IMG/VR virus record: IMGVR_UViG_3300021387_000072
Location: 62,029 to 126,028 of that record
Source of the DNA: a virus
Lineage: Duplodnaviria; Caudoviricetes
Strand: one strand, 5' to 3'
Length of the DNA stretch: 64,000 bases
Position numbers and translations under genes: made by a program. The notes under the pieces were generated by a model that saw nothing but the letters and a program-made list of their open reading frames with translations, was not told where the DNA came from and made no database searches. Of the stretch, positions 43,506 through 54,253 are shown one piece after another (position 1 is the first letter of the stretch; the number at the start of each line of letters is the position of its first letter).

Positions 43506-44005
43506 AGTATCTGAGTTATACAGTAGCGTTTCAGGAAGTGCCAAATGAAATCTCTCTTATCTTCAATATCAGTAATTGTCCATACCATTGCGATGGTTGT
43601 CACTCACCAGAGCTGGCTGAAGATATCGGCGAGGATCTGCCTAAAGCATTTGAAAGTATTGTATCTGGTTATGCAGATGCTATTACCTGCATTTGCTTTA
43701 TGGGTACAGGCCATGCCTTCACAGATGATCAGATGGACTTACTTGAGTTGCGTGTGTTGATCGATAATGCTCACCTCAACGGATACAAAACATGCGTATA
43801 TACAGGCGATCAGGGAGGCGCACCATGGGAGCTGTTCTTCAACAGCAAACTTGATTACCTCAAGATTGGCCCATACAAGAAAGAGCTTGGTGGTCTTGAT
43901 TCGCCTACAACAAATCAGAGATTCTACAAGAAGACATATCTTGACAGCGGAATCTTAGTCAAGAATATCACTGAGAGTTTCCGGAAAAACTACGGAGGAA
44001 CCTGA
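43499..44005 (+). CDS. nrdG: Anaerobic RNR activating protein (radical SAM)
   Basis: CPYHCDGCHS, KIGPY...GGL...TTNQRFY. Confidence 0.93.
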   Translation: MLKYLSYTVAFQEVPNEISLIFNISNCPYHCDGCHSPELAEDIGEDLPKAFESIVSGYADAITCICFMGTGHAFTDDQMDLLELRVLIDNAHLNGYKTCVYTGDQGGAPWELFFNSKLDYLKIGPYKKELGGLDSPTTNQRFYKKTYLDSGILVKNITESFRKNYGGT

Positions 44006-44006
44006 G

Positions 44007-44243
44007 ATGTATCTCTATAAATACTACGGTACTTTCTGCGAGCATCTGCCTGATGATAATTACAAGTTCGTAGCAAAAGTTTCAGATGGAGATGAAGCAA
44101 TAAATGCTGTTTATTTGTATCTTGGTTACAGGCCACACTACCTTCGTTCAGCAAAGGTGGATGAATCAGGTGCTGTATACTACGATTACGGATCGCATAT
44201 AGATTTCTTCGTTCTTCTTCCAAGACCGTGGGATATATTCTAA
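44007..44243 (+). CDS. Hypothetical protein
   Basis: Coupled ORF, YDYGSH motif. Confidence 0.6.
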   Translation: MYLYKYYGTFCEHLPDDNYKFVAKVSDGDEAINAVYLYLGYRPHYLRSAKVDESGAVYYDYGSHIDFFVLLPRPWDIF

Positions 44244-44265
44244 TATAAATAATTGGAGGCAACTC

Positions 44266-44613
44266 ATGATTAACGTTGATATCAATGATGTAACTGCAAA
44301 TGAACACATTGAAGTAAATAATAAAGGTGGCAAACAGTCCTATATAGGCTGTGCATTCCATATGCTCCCAGCCAGCGCCATGCTCGCCGCGGCAGCGACG
44401 GCGAAGCAGGGCGCTGACAAATACGGAGAAACATATGGTAATAGAAATTATCTGAAGATCGACAAAGAAGAACATCTTAATCACGCGATCAACCACATCT
44501 ACAATTATCTTAATGGCAATACAGATGAAGATCATCTGGCCCATGCAATCGTCCGTCTCATGTTTGCGTATGACATGAGCGAGAATGGCGCACATTATAC
44601 GCAGAATCTGTGA
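44266..44613 (+). CDS. DUF5664-like dATP/dGTP diphosphohydrolase domain protein
   Basis: GADKYG..N, H..HAI.H, EDHLAHA..RLMF. Confidence 0.75.
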   Translation: MINVDINDVTANEHIEVNNKGGKQSYIGCAFHMLPASAMLAAAATAKQGADKYGETYGNRNYLKIDKEEHLNHAINHIYNYLNGNTDEDHLAHAIVRLMFAYDMSENGAHYTQNL

Positions 44614-44944
44614 TAGTGACAGGAGTTTTAAGTATGATTTACCTCGTTGAACAGTGAAGATGAACAAATATACATGATTTATTAAAGCCCAAAATTGACT
44701 CTAAAACTCCTGTTATTATAATAACTTACGAAGCATCTATGATGCGGAGTAAAATATATAATAATGGAGGAATGACCATGTACACTGACCCAATTTTCTG
44801 TGAAGAACCCATCGAAACACCTTCATGTGAAGATGTTGAGGTAACGGAAGGAACCGTCCTTTATGGGGAACCGGTTGATTTCCATGATGTAAGCGAGAAA
44901 GATCTTGCTGAAATGATGTCCATGTTTAACTAACAACTGAAACA

Positions 44945-44979
44945 AAAAGGGAGGCTGTTCAGAAGACAGCCTCCCTTTT
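44945..44979 (+). terminator. Rho-independent terminator (bidirectional-type)
   Basis: aaaagggaggctgt / acagcctccctttt. Confidence 0.8.
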
Positions 44980-45173
44980 GTGAGTCTACGGAGAACAATA
45001 TGTCCAGAGAAATATGGAATGATCTGAATGATCTGGCACCGCCAAAAGAAAAGTCTATAAGAATGCTGATTCAGGGTGAGCATGAAACCTTCGAAGTTAT
45101 AGGCCAGGTGTTGCCGGAAGCCACAATAGAATCGCTGATTGATTACGGAGTAATCGGATGGAGAGAACTGTAA

Positions 45174-45452
45174 ATGGAAACAGTAATTGAATACACTGAT
45201 AAAGATAAAGTTTGGATCAGCACAGACGAACAGTCTCTGAAGAATTCATTGCTTAAGATTGCTGATACAAATTCAGATATAAAAGTATTAAGGTATCCTC
45301 AGGATAATGATGGATGCCTGTATGCAACTGTTCCTCATTCGTGGATAAAGGTGAAACCTCCAAAGACACTGTCGGATGAAAGAAAGAAGAAACTTGCCGA
45401 ACATCTCAAAAAGGCAAGGGATAAGAAGATTAATGCAGTGGAGAAAGTATGA
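45174..45452 (+). CDS. Hypothetical phage protein
   Basis: 92-aa ORF. Confidence 0.65.
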   Translation: METVIEYTDKDKVWISTDEQSLKNSLLKIADTNSDIKVLRYPQDNDGCLYATVPHSWIKVKPPKTLSDERKKKLAEHLKKARDKKINAVEKV

Positions 45453-45546
45453 CTACTGATTATGGATTGATTGGATTTTGTTACAGCGTGATGGTTTCGA
45501 ACTGAATTCATAACAAACAGCTGATCAGAACAACTGATCAGCACAT

Positions 45547-45620
45547 AGACGCATCGTCTAGTTGGCCCAAGACCCGGGACTTTGACTCCCGTATCGCAGG
45601 TTCGAATCCTGCTGCGTCTG
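45547..45620 (+). tRNA. tRNA-Gln (UUG)
   Basis: agacgca/tgcgtct acceptor, gtct/agac D stem, cggga-ctttgac-tcccg anticodon arm, gcagg-ttcgaat-cctgc T arm. Confidence 0.93.
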
Positions 45621-46061
45621 CTCTTGAATAAAAATAAAGGAAGTGATTGCAATAAAACTGTCCGATAAAATACTTAATATAAAAGTCGATGAAGTTATTG
45701 AAACCAACATGATCATAAGCGTTATCTATATGGTACTGAAAGGAATAGGCGTGATAGACTGGAGCTTTATCTGGATACTGTCACCGGTATGGCTGTCATC
45801 ACTTCTGTTCTTTTTGCTTGGCGTAATAGCTATTATAGACGATGCTGTACTGGACCTTAAAGAAAAGCATAAAGAATATGGATATAAAAAGGATTATAGA
45901 ACTACTGAGAATAGAACATGAATGTATGATACGGGCATCACAGAACAAATGCGACAGGCGTTGTGATGCATGCGACATTGTACAGGAAGATTCTGAACTG
46001 GATCAGATGTATACAAAAACAATACAGTTGCTTACAGATTTAAAAGGAAAGGAGTGTACGT

Positions 46062-46400
46062 ATGGAACAGGTGATGGATGCAAAATTCCTGGTTGAAAAA
46101 CATGTCTGTGCAGATATAAGCATATTGGTTTATGATCTTGCAGGCAACGATACGGATATACTTGATAAGTATTATGGGCGCTTTGGCACAATCTATGATG
46201 AAGAAACTGAAGAATACACAGAGATATTTGAATTCTATATTGTAACACAGTTCCTTGCAGAGGAACTTGTAAAACGCAAAGAGATTGTATGGGATATGTT
46301 TAATGGACAATATATCTGGGGAAGGACATGCTGCGGTCAGGCTGTTTATATGGACGGCGTAATGCAAGAGATAGCAGAGGAACTTTATCGTGATTATTAA
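46062..46400 (+). CDS. Hypothetical acidic phage protein
   Basis: EIFEFYIV...WGRTCCGQAVYMD; AAGGAG RBS. Confidence 0.7.
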   Translation: MEQVMDAKFLVEKHVCADISILVYDLAGNDTDILDKYYGRFGTIYDEETEEYTEIFEFYIVTQFLAEELVKRKEIVWDMFNGQYIWGRTCCGQAVYMDGVMQEIAEELYRDY

Positions 46401-47050
46401 ATCTGGTTGTAACTTATATGATAATAAAAAGAAATGAGATGATATCCTATGGCTCGTATGATTGAGCTTACAGCTGAACAGTTTGCAAACATAATCAGAG
46501 GACGAATCGGCAAGGAGGAATACTTTGCCGATTCGTTTGATAAATCAGAGTCTGATGATCCTGATAAGATCGTCAACTATTCCAAGTGGGTTGTGGTTAA
46601 ACACGTTGAGCTTGATAAGGAAGATGTCTACATCTTTAACCTGTGCGGAATCGTTGGCAACAAATATCTCAGGTCTTATATGGATGATGACTCGCCATAC
46701 TGTGTGGAGAAAATGCTTTTAACTTACATGAAGGAAGTCGGATTCACACTGGACCGGCTTTACTGGGATACAATAGGAGAAATGCCATGAAAGACGTAGT
46801 AATAAAGATGAAAACAAGTGCATCATTCCTTGAACATGGTATACTTACTATAGAAGAAGCAGAAAATCTTATGAACGATGACATTCATGCATGGGAAGAT
46901 CAGCATATAGATGATGATTTCGATACCTATTACACACAAAAAGTGAAGCTTAACATTAAGAAATGGAAGCTGCTCATTGAAGCTACAAGAAAGCTTCTCA
47001 AGAATTGATGTAATACGAGCGGTTCCGCTCGATATTATAAATAAACTATA

Positions 47051-47563
47051 TTGGAGGAATGCACTATGGCAAATCTCAAGATTGAAGCACCCTGGTATAC
47101 GTATGAAAAGATGGTTAAAGCTCTGTTCGAAAAGGATCCTGATGTCACAGTCAGTGATCTGATCGAATCCGACAGGCCAGACTTCTCCTATCTTCTGATG
47201 ATCACCGTCAAGAAGCATGACAAGTATCTGGCTCTTGACCGTGTGATTAAGAAGACCAAGGTATTCGGCAACATCAAGGTTGGTGTCATGCTGTTTGATA
47301 CCGAGAATGACAATTCCGAATCCGACAGGATCGAACTGTATAAGACTATCTTTGACGGCAACAGCTCCGTGCGTTCCGTCGAAGAAGTTGTTGACTTCGC
47401 CGGAACGCACCTTGGTTATGTGTGTTTCGAGCCTGAAGTTATTCAGTTCCACGATGATGATATCTCTGATATCGATGGTAAGTGGAACGGTCTTGCACAG
47501 GACATCGCCAAGGAAGTCTTCGAAGATGCCTTTGGTGTGTATTACTGCACTGCCGCAAAGTAA
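47051..47563 (+). CDS. Hypothetical phage protein (likely start ATG 47066)
   Basis: GGAGG RBS; VIQFHDDDISD motif. Confidence 0.75.
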   Translation: MEECTMANLKIEAPWYTYEKMVKALFEKDPDVTVSDLIESDRPDFSYLLMITVKKHDKYLALDRVIKKTKVFGNIKVGVMLFDTENDNSESDRIELYKTIFDGNSSVRSVEEVVDFAGTHLGYVCFEPEVIQFHDDDISDIDGKWNGLAQDIAKEVFEDAFGVYYCTAAK

Positions 47564-47570
47564 AAACATA

Positions 47571-47662
47571 ATAGTGGAGGAATAGGTAGACTCTATGCTG
47601 ACCCAAGGCAGAGGTCTACTCTTGGGCGAGTAGAACCATGTGAGGTGCAAATCCTCACCTAT
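47571..47662 (+). ncRNA. tRNA-like scaffold RNA, copy 1
   Basis: atag-tg-gagg-aataggta-gactc ... gtgagg-tgcaaat-cctcac-ctat. Confidence 0.75.
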
Positions 47663-47665
47663 AAG

Positions 47666-47780
47666 TTCGGTGGAGGAAAAGGTAGACTCTAAGACAAATG
47701 CTACGAGGGAACTGCGGAGAATGTGCCGTCAGAAGTCGAAGGGCATAAGGCTTCATGTGGGGTGCAAATCCCCACCCGAA
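47666..47780 (+). ncRNA. tRNA-like scaffold RNA, copy 2
   Basis: ttcgg-tg-gagg-aaaaggta-gactc ... gtgggg-tgcaaat-ccccac-ccgaa. Confidence 0.75.
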
Positions 47781-47789
47781 TAATCAAAT

Positions 47790-47896
47790 GCGGTGGTGGA
47801 ATAGGTAGACACTAGAACCAGAGAGTATTGCGGGAAAGTCCGATATAACCGGGTAGCGAAGGGAAATACTCATGTGAGGTGCAAATCCTCACCCGC
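47790..47896 (+). ncRNA. tRNA-like scaffold RNA, copy 3
   Basis: gcgg-tg-gtgg-aataggta-gacac ... gtgagg-tgcaaat-cctcac-ccgc. Confidence 0.75.
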
Positions 47897-47935
47897 TTAA
47901 CTTGAATAACACTTTGATACGGAGGTATACAACGT

Positions 47936-48130
47936 ATGGAGAAATCGCGAGCAAATCAAAACGTTATTGATGATATTGTAGAGCAGAAATCGCGAGTAGA
48001 TCAAAACGTTGTTGCTGATATTATGAACCGCATAAACGAAGCTTTGAATGATATCGGATACGTTGCTATCGGTTATGATAATAGTGATATTTTTTTGAAC
48101 GTGATAATCGATAAAGTGACAATGACATAA
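47936..48130 (+). CDS. Small protein with an internal 15-aa tandem duplication
   Basis: KSRANQNVIDDI / KSRVDQNVVADI; GGAGG RBS. Confidence 0.6.
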   Translation: MEKSRANQNVIDDIVEQKSRVDQNVVADIMNRINEALNDIGYVAIGYDNSDIFLNVIIDKVTMT

Positions 48131-48136
48131 ATGGAC

Positions 48137-48248
48137 TATGCGGTGGTGGAATAGGTAGACACTACACGTAAGACGTATGAATCGTCGCTGAAATAGTGCT
48201 GGCATTTTGGAGAGTACGTCATGTGAGGTGCAAATCCTCACCCGCATA
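48137..48248 (+). ncRNA. tRNA-like scaffold RNA, copy 4
   Basis: tatgcgg/ccgcata closing stem, same D-like and T-like arms. Confidence 0.75.
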
Positions 48249-48274
48249 ACTTAAATAACACTTTGATATGGACT

Positions 48275-48420
48275 ATGCGGTGGTGGAAAAGGTAGACACG
48301 GAAAACACGACCAGCCCTGCCCACAACTCAGGAGGCCTACTGAGTCTATGGTCTGACGGACATGGAAAAAAGGCGGCAGCTCTTTGAGCGAACCTGTAGG
48401 GTGCAAATCCCTACCCGCAT
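48275..48420 (+). ncRNA. tRNA-like scaffold RNA, copy 5
   Basis: atgcgg/ccgcat; gtaggg-tgcaaat-ccctac; longest insert. Confidence 0.75.
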
Positions 48421-48495
48421 GCAGATGTAATTCAATGGATAGAGAGATGTAGCTGTTGCTACTTGCGTATGCAGGTTCGACTCCTGCCATCTGCA
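48421..48495 (+). pseudogene. Degenerate tRNA (Asn-like, GTT in a collapsed anticodon loop)
   Basis: gcagatg/catctgc acceptor and gcagg-ttcgact-cctgc T arm are perfect; anticodon arm gtagc-tgtt-gctac is non-canonical. Confidence 0.6.
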
Positions 48496-48510
48496 TAACT
48501 TAAATAATTA

Positions 48511-48936
48511 TTGGAGGATAAAAGAATGAGTAACTTTGAACATCTTATTGAGAATGCTCTTTACCTTTATGAACGTGATGATATAACACCCGAAGAATGG
48601 AGAGAAAGAATGCGTGATGATTGCAATTGGAAAGGCAATGAACACATCACGATGGATGAACTTCAACAAATATGTTCGTATGTAATTCTGACATGGTGCG
48701 GATGGTGCGAAAAAAATGAAAATTGGGATAACCATAAATGTATGCTGGCACTGAGACCTGATATTGAACGTGGCATCCAGATGAGCAGGATTGCCAATAA
48801 TATCTATGAGTACTGGTCCAAACACAGGGAGCTGCGGTATGGACAGGTGATGTCTATCCTCGCAAAGGATAAGGATATGTTCTATATGACAGACGAGGAA
48901 CTTGATGAGATTGCCGCAAAGGCAGCGAAGGAATAA
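48511..48936 (+). CDS. Hypothetical protein (likely start ATG 48526)
   Basis: GGAGG RBS; W.KH.ELR.GQ motif. Confidence 0.65.
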   Translation: MEDKRMSNFEHLIENALYLYERDDITPEEWRERMRDDCNWKGNEHITMDELQQICSYVILTWCGWCEKNENWDNHKCMLALRPDIERGIQMSRIANNIYEYWSKHRELRYGQVMSILAKDKDMFYMTDEELDEIAAKAAKE

Positions 48937-49549
48937 AAAGGAGAGCTTTATGAGCTGGTGGACACATGTTCTTGGTGTGGTTGATGTTGAAGTTCCTGGA
49001 AGAACCCAGGCTGAATGCAGATACATTGTTGATACAGTGCTTGAGCATCTGCCGTTGGTAACTGGATCTGAAGGTTGTATGAATGCCCATGCCATCCAGA
49101 AGGACGGTCACGACTTCTCATCTACACATGATGAGTTCAGCATGCGGACAAACAACCTTATGGATGATTATGGAGAAAGAACCAGAAGATATGGATTCCT
49201 TCAGGTACAGAGTCATTACATGATTGTAATCGAAGGCAGTCTGCGGGACAGAATGTTTGAGCGGACAAAGCGTGAGCTTATAAAATGGCTGTGCAGATTA
49301 TCCAAAAGATTGATGGTATACAATATGTCCATCACTTTAACAAGCGATGATCATAAAGGACTTATTTTAACAAATAAACCGGCATATTCAGATATGTATG
49401 AATGGGAAGATGGATCTCGCTGGACAGATTACCTGATGTGGGAGCCTGATCAAGATGGCTGTATGCCGCTCAAACTCGTGAACAAATATTATGATGATGA
49501 AGAAGTTCGCAATGAGTTGAAGCGCAGAGAGGAATGGATGAATAAATGA
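48902..49549 (+). CDS. Hypothetical phage protein (likely start ATG 48950)
   Basis: MSWWTHV...G.LRDR; AAGGAG RBS. Confidence 0.7.
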   Translation: MMRLPQRQRRNKKESFMSWWTHVLGVVDVEVPGRTQAECRYIVDTVLEHLPLVTGSEGCMNAHAIQKDGHDFSSTHDEFSMRTNNLMDDYGERTRRYGFLQVQSHYMIVIEGSLRDRMFERTKRELIKWLCRLSKRLMVYNMSITLTSDDHKGLILTNKPAYSDMYEWEDGSRWTDYLMWEPDQDGCMPLKLVNKYYDDEEVRNELKRREEWMNK

Positions 49550-49959
49550 TATATGTTATTGCGAAAGGATACTATTCTGATTATCGTGTAGTCGCAGCAA
49601 CTACGGACGAAGAACGTGCTGAAGTTTTAAAACAATTGCACACCGATGATCGTGAAGATGCTGAGATTCTGGAATTTGAGGATGGAAATTCTTATCTTGA
49701 CGAAAGTAAAGCGCGTACAAGTTGGTATATTAATATAAATAAGAAAGGTAAAGAGATAGAGGAAACATGTAGTGCTTGTACGATATTTGATAGCGACGAA
49801 GATGAAGTTTTCTCTAAAGGCATTCCGATATTTAATGGGTTTCCGAACGGTGATTTTGGATTTGGAACAATTGTCGTTAATGAACCCAATAAAGATAAGG
49901 CAATGAAGATTGCAAGAGATAGACTTGCAGAATGCAAGGCAAAATTCTTTGAAGTATAA
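49546..49959 (+). CDS. Hypothetical phage protein
   Basis: MIYVI..G.YSDY motif; ATGA coupling. Confidence 0.7.
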   Translation: MIYVIAKGYYSDYRVVAATTDEERAEVLKQLHTDDREDAEILEFEDGNSYLDESKARTSWYININKKGKEIEETCSACTIFDSDEDEVFSKGIPIFNGFPNGDFGFGTIVVNEPNKDKAMKIARDRLAECKAKFFEV

Positions 49960-49973
49960 ATGGAGAACATAAA

Positions 49974-50312
49974 ATGAACGGTGTAGAAATACTTGCAGAA
50001 ATGCCAGCCAACGATAACGTATTACGTATCATATTTTCTTGTATATCACTTGTATTTATTGTAGTGTTGACAATAATATATTCAGCTCAAAAAAGTCCGG
50101 GATACACACTTATGGGGATAATAGGTGTTATTCTTTTAACGTTTGCAATAGCTGTATACGTATGTACACTCAGAAACGAACAGTATATTGCAGTAGTTGA
50201 TGACAGTGCATCTTACACACAACTTAATGATAAGTATATAGTGCATGAACATTATGGCAAAGTATATTACCTTGAAGAGCGTAATAAAAATGCCAATAAG
50301 AATGATGAATAA
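49974..50312 (+). CDS. Two-TM membrane protein
   Basis: Two hydrophobic helices. Confidence 0.65.
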   Translation: MNGVEILAEMPANDNVLRIIFSCISLVFIVVLTIIYSAQKSPGYTLMGIIGVILLTFAIAVYVCTLRNEQYIAVVDDSASYTQLNDKYIVHEHYGKVYYLEERNKNANKNDE

Positions 50313-50324
50313 GGAGATAGTAAT

Positions 50325-50528
50325 ATGAACTTCGAGTATGCATGGGCCAGGATGATGGAAGGCAAGAAGGTTAAGAGACGTGACTGGGAAGGCTATTGGG
50401 TCTGGGAAGACAACACGATCAAGATGCATTGCCGTGACGGTATTGTTCTTGATATTAGGGAAACCAATGATGTTATGTTCACAATAACCAACACTCTTGC
50501 CAAAGATTGGTGTGTAGTGGAAGAGTAA
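50325..50528 (+). CDS. DUF2829/Tad2-like small protein
   Basis: MNF..A...M.EGKKVKR..W.G ... LAKDW.VV pattern. Confidence 0.65.
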   Translation: MNFEYAWARMMEGKKVKRRDWEGYWVWEDNTIKMHCRDGIVLDIRETNDVMFTITNTLAKDWCVVEE

Positions 50529-50540
50529 ATCCACAATGAA

Positions 50541-50586
50541 TTAAATGAAGCTCCGCAAACATCTGAGATTGCGGAGCTTCATTTAA
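50541..50586 (+). terminator. Intergenic hairpin
   Basis: ttaaatgaagctccgcaa / ttgcggagcttcatttaa perfect 18-bp stem. Confidence 0.55.
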
Positions 50587-52869
50587 AAACAAAAGAGATA
50601 ATTACGGTATTCCGATTCATGAAATCTTTTAACACTGGAGGAACATATGAAACACTGCACATATGCATGGGAATACGGAAAACTTCCAAGTTGTACGCAG
50701 GATTGCGAAGGCTGTATTCATTATGATGGACCAAGTGAAGAAGAGCCTGACAACATAAGTATAGAATTTACACCAGAAGAATACGAAGCTATTGAAACAT
50801 ACAAGAAAGCAATACAGGCATCAACAATACAGGTTGCAGTTATGAATGCAATAAGTCTCGCGTTGGATAACGGAGACTGGAATGAATAAGAAAAGGATGT
50901 AAAGAAAGATGAATGAATGTACTCTTTGTGGTTTGAAAACAGGAGAAAGAGTTGTGCGTAGTCCGATTGCTCCGACACTGTGCTGGCTTGAAATAAGTCG
51001 TGCAAGCAACGGCTACATACAGATGAAGTTTGGATATGGTGACGATGATGTACATGATGTTCTTTACTACCAGCCAAAATACTGCCCTGAATGTGGCAAG
51101 AAAATAACCAAGGAGAGCGTATGAAAGTAATATATAAATGTTGTTTGGAGATACAGGATGTATTGCCAGATGAAGATGTCGCTGAAGTCCATGATGCTGA
51201 GACTATATCTAACAGTATTATTGAGGACATGAAAAGTGGACTGTATTCAAAAGATGGAGATGTCATAATCACTGATGCCAGTGTAAAAATTATACCAACT
51301 GATAATTGGCGTGACGATCCGATGACAGATAAACAACTGAATTTGATTTCTGAAATGATGGAGTTCTCAGATCTTCCGCTGCCTGAATTCACAGGCAAGA
51401 CTAAAGGAGAGGCCAGCGATTGGATTACTGCTAACATGCGGAAAGCACATGAAACAGCGTTGGACTCCTATGAGATGGAATAAAATGGCAAGCATAAAGT
51501 TTCTACCAGTATGTTCAGAATGTGGTCAAATTATATTCAAGACAATTGGTTATGAAAGCAATAGATGTAATGACTGGATTCCTGCATATAAAATAAGTCC
51601 GCATAGATGTCCAAATTGCGGAGTGTTATTCGAAAGTATCTATATGCCAACGCAATTGCCCTTTGATAATGAACCACCTGATATATGTTATAAAATAATT
51701 AGGCGAGATTAAGTATGACAAAAGACGAGTTGAGTATTATTTACTACAAACTTAAAAGAGCTGGGCATAAGAAAGAATGGCTTGGACTTTTTTATGGTTA
51801 TAAAGAATGGCAAGGTGAAAGCCAGTCCCGGAACCCGTCCGGTATAGAAGTGGGGAGAAGCCGTGAGCCGCACGTAAATGGTCAGGCGAGTGAGAAGCTC
51901 GCATAAAGAAATAATGAAGGAGTTTATTATGTGGATAATTCCTTTAATTCCTTTAATTATTGCAGGCGGTTATCTGTTTGCTTATTTCTATTTAAAATAG
52001 GAGTTTTGATTATGACTGTAAAAGAACTAATCGAATTACTGCAAAAGGAAAACCCAAACGCGCTTGTTTACACTATGGACAATACAGACGATCTTGCCTT
52101 TGCTGTTACAGAGATCAGCAGAAATATTCTTGTTGGAAAAGATGATACAGTTGTAATACATTAAAATAACACAGAGGTATTATATGGATAAAGAGAAGCT
52201 GACAGATTATATCAAGTGGTTGCTTTTTCAGCTTGAGGAAACGTCAAGAACTGATATTAATAAAAGCGAGGTAAAAACTATGCTTTTGTCCATCATTGGA
52301 GAGATGTATGCTACAACTTAAATATATGAACAATATTGATGATATGTGGCCTATCTGCCACGATTGCCCGTATTGGGAAGTTTGTGAACCGCCGTATATT
52401 TGCGGAATTACAAGAGAAAAGCAAACAGATAACCATGGAGAAGATTGCGATCAGATAGAGTACGAAACGGCCGTCGAAATGCAAGAATACTGCGAAATGT
52501 ATGAGCCAACGTATAATCCAGAGGATGGCAGTATGTAACTTAATTTAGGAGTTTAATGTATGATTGACTTCGGATTATCGGATGAGTATTTGGCTGGATA
52601 TAGCGCAAGGCTAAATGGGCATCCGTTTAATAATAACGAAACTGATGATTGGAAAATGGGATGGCTAAATGCTAATCAGGCATTAGAATCAAAAATGGAT
52701 GAACGCGATTGGTGGATTGAACTCGATGAGCGCATCAACATAGCTGAAGATACCGGATATTATTCGGTTTTTCTTACGTTCGATGAGGCCAGGGAAATCA
52801 TCAAGTTGTTACAAGAACTTGATGATATGAAGGTGAATGACATAACTTAAAAAACACAAGGAGACAGGA

Positions 52870-53034
52870 ATGAGAAAAATCACGGTATACATCGAAACGC
52901 AATATGTCGGCAGCAGATGCGAAGATGAATTCGAGGTCGATGACGATGCGACAGAAGAAGAGATCGAAGAGACGGCAAAAGAAATTGCGTTTGATATGTT
53001 AAACTGGGGTTACACTATAGAACAACACGAATAA
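52870..53034 (+). CDS. 54-aa acidic protein (below the ORF-track cutoff)
   Basis: MRKITVYIETQYVGSRCEDEFEVDDDATEEEIEETAKEIAFDMLNWGYTIEQHE; AAGGAG RBS. Confidence 0.65.
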   Translation: MRKITVYIETQYVGSRCEDEFEVDDDATEEEIEETAKEIAFDMLNWGYTIEQHE

Positions 53035-53038
53035 CATC

Positions 53039-53171
53039 AGAGCGGTGGCGGAATAGGTAGACGCTTATATGTAAGGCTTGCTACTTGTAGAGTTAATTGC
53101 GACATCATCAAGAGACTGCAAAACTTGAGTTGCGATGTAGGCCATGTGAGGTGCAAATCCTCACCCGCTCT
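53039..53171 (+). ncRNA. tRNA-like scaffold RNA, copy 6
   Basis: agagcgg/ccgctct; gcgg-aataggta-gacgc; gtgagg-tgcaaat-cctcac. Confidence 0.75.
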
Positions 53172-53197
53172 TTTGATTAAAATAGGAGTTTATAGCA

Positions 53198-53428
53198 ATG
53201 AGCGATTGGATAAAATGCACACCTGATACAATGCCGGAAACAAACGACGAGGTGCTGACAACGTATATTGTCAATGGCGATAAAAAACGGCGTTTTGTTG
53301 AGACTGCAAGTTGGTTCCGGGATGACGAGGAAGGACATTGGAACTCTGTATGGGACGAATACAGGGTAGCTGGAACTCGAAAAGAAGTGCTGGCGTGGAT
53401 GCCAATGCCGAAGCCATATAGGGATTAA
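53198..53428 (+). CDS. DUF551-like protein
   Basis: MSDWIKC....P ... V.AWMPMPKP. Confidence 0.75.
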   Translation: MSDWIKCTPDTMPETNDEVLTTYIVNGDKKRRFVETASWFRDDEEGHWNSVWDEYRVAGTRKEVLAWMPMPKPYRD

Positions 53429-53452
53429 ATTAAAAATAGAAGGTGATGAAGT

Positions 53453-53746
53453 ATGATGGCTGACCTGGAGAAGGTTATCAAAGGGCTGGAAGAAACAGAA
53501 ATCTTGCTTACACAGGCCGTAGATCGTGGTGGCGAAATGGCGGTAATGGGAGCATTCAAATGTCTTAATCGTATCACAGATACAATTGCTCTGCTGAAAG
53601 AGCAGGAAGCGGTTGAGCCGATAAACAGTTATGGAACTCTCAGATGTGGAAAATGTGGAAACATTGTCGGCTACAATGATGGCTATGGGCGTGGATATCA
53701 AAATAATTTTTGCAGTGAATGTGGAAAGGCGGTGAAGTGGGAATGA
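53453..53746 (+). CDS. Zn-ribbon protein (LLKEQE family)
   Basis: CGKCG...FCSECGKAVKW. Confidence 0.7.
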   Translation: MMADLEKVIKGLEETEILLTQAVDRGGEMAVMGAFKCLNRITDTIALLKEQEAVEPINSYGTLRCGKCGNIVGYNDGYGRGYQNNFCSECGKAVKWE

Positions 53747-53923
53747 CCGAAATAGAAGCGTTGACAGAAATCGTAAATACGTTGAGCAGTATTCGTATCT
53801 TACTTGCTTTTATAAATATTGCGTTGTGGTGCATGTTGCTCTGCAAAAGAAATTACAGCGACACAGACGGAATCGAAAACGCAATTAAGAACTTGACAGA
53901 TCTTATTCGGTCAAGACGGTGAA

Positions 53924-54253
53924 GTGGGAGGACCTGAAATGACAGCCAAAGAAAAGGTAATAGCTGGTCTGAAATGCTGTTTAGAACCTGGAGCACCGTG
54001 CCAGAAGTGCCCGTACTATGACGAGGACTGTACCGATAAGCTTGAGAGAGACGCTCTGGATCTGCTGAAAGAGCAGGAACCTGTGAAGCCATGTGTTGCG
54101 GCAGATACATGGATTTGCCCAAAGTGCGGCCATACACTTGAAAGCCAATACCTGATTGATGACAAAGAAAATCCGCAGGTATTAGTGCATGAACAATATA
54201 GCTTTTGCCCAAATTGCGGAAAGATGGTGAAATGGGAAACTCATGAACAATAA
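53924..54253 (+). CDS. Zn-ribbon protein (LLKEQE family; likely start ATG 53939)
   Basis: CQKCPY, CPKCG...FCPNCGKMVKW. Confidence 0.7.
   Translation: MGGPEMTAKEKVIAGLKCCLEPGAPCQKCPYYDEDCTDKLERDALDLLKEQEPVKPCVAADTWICPKCGHTLESQYLIDDKENPQVLVHEQYSFCPNCGKMVKWETHEQ

Noticed and set aside
51808-51902. Twister ribozyme
   Set aside because: Only superficial resemblance; I could not assemble the required pseudoknots.
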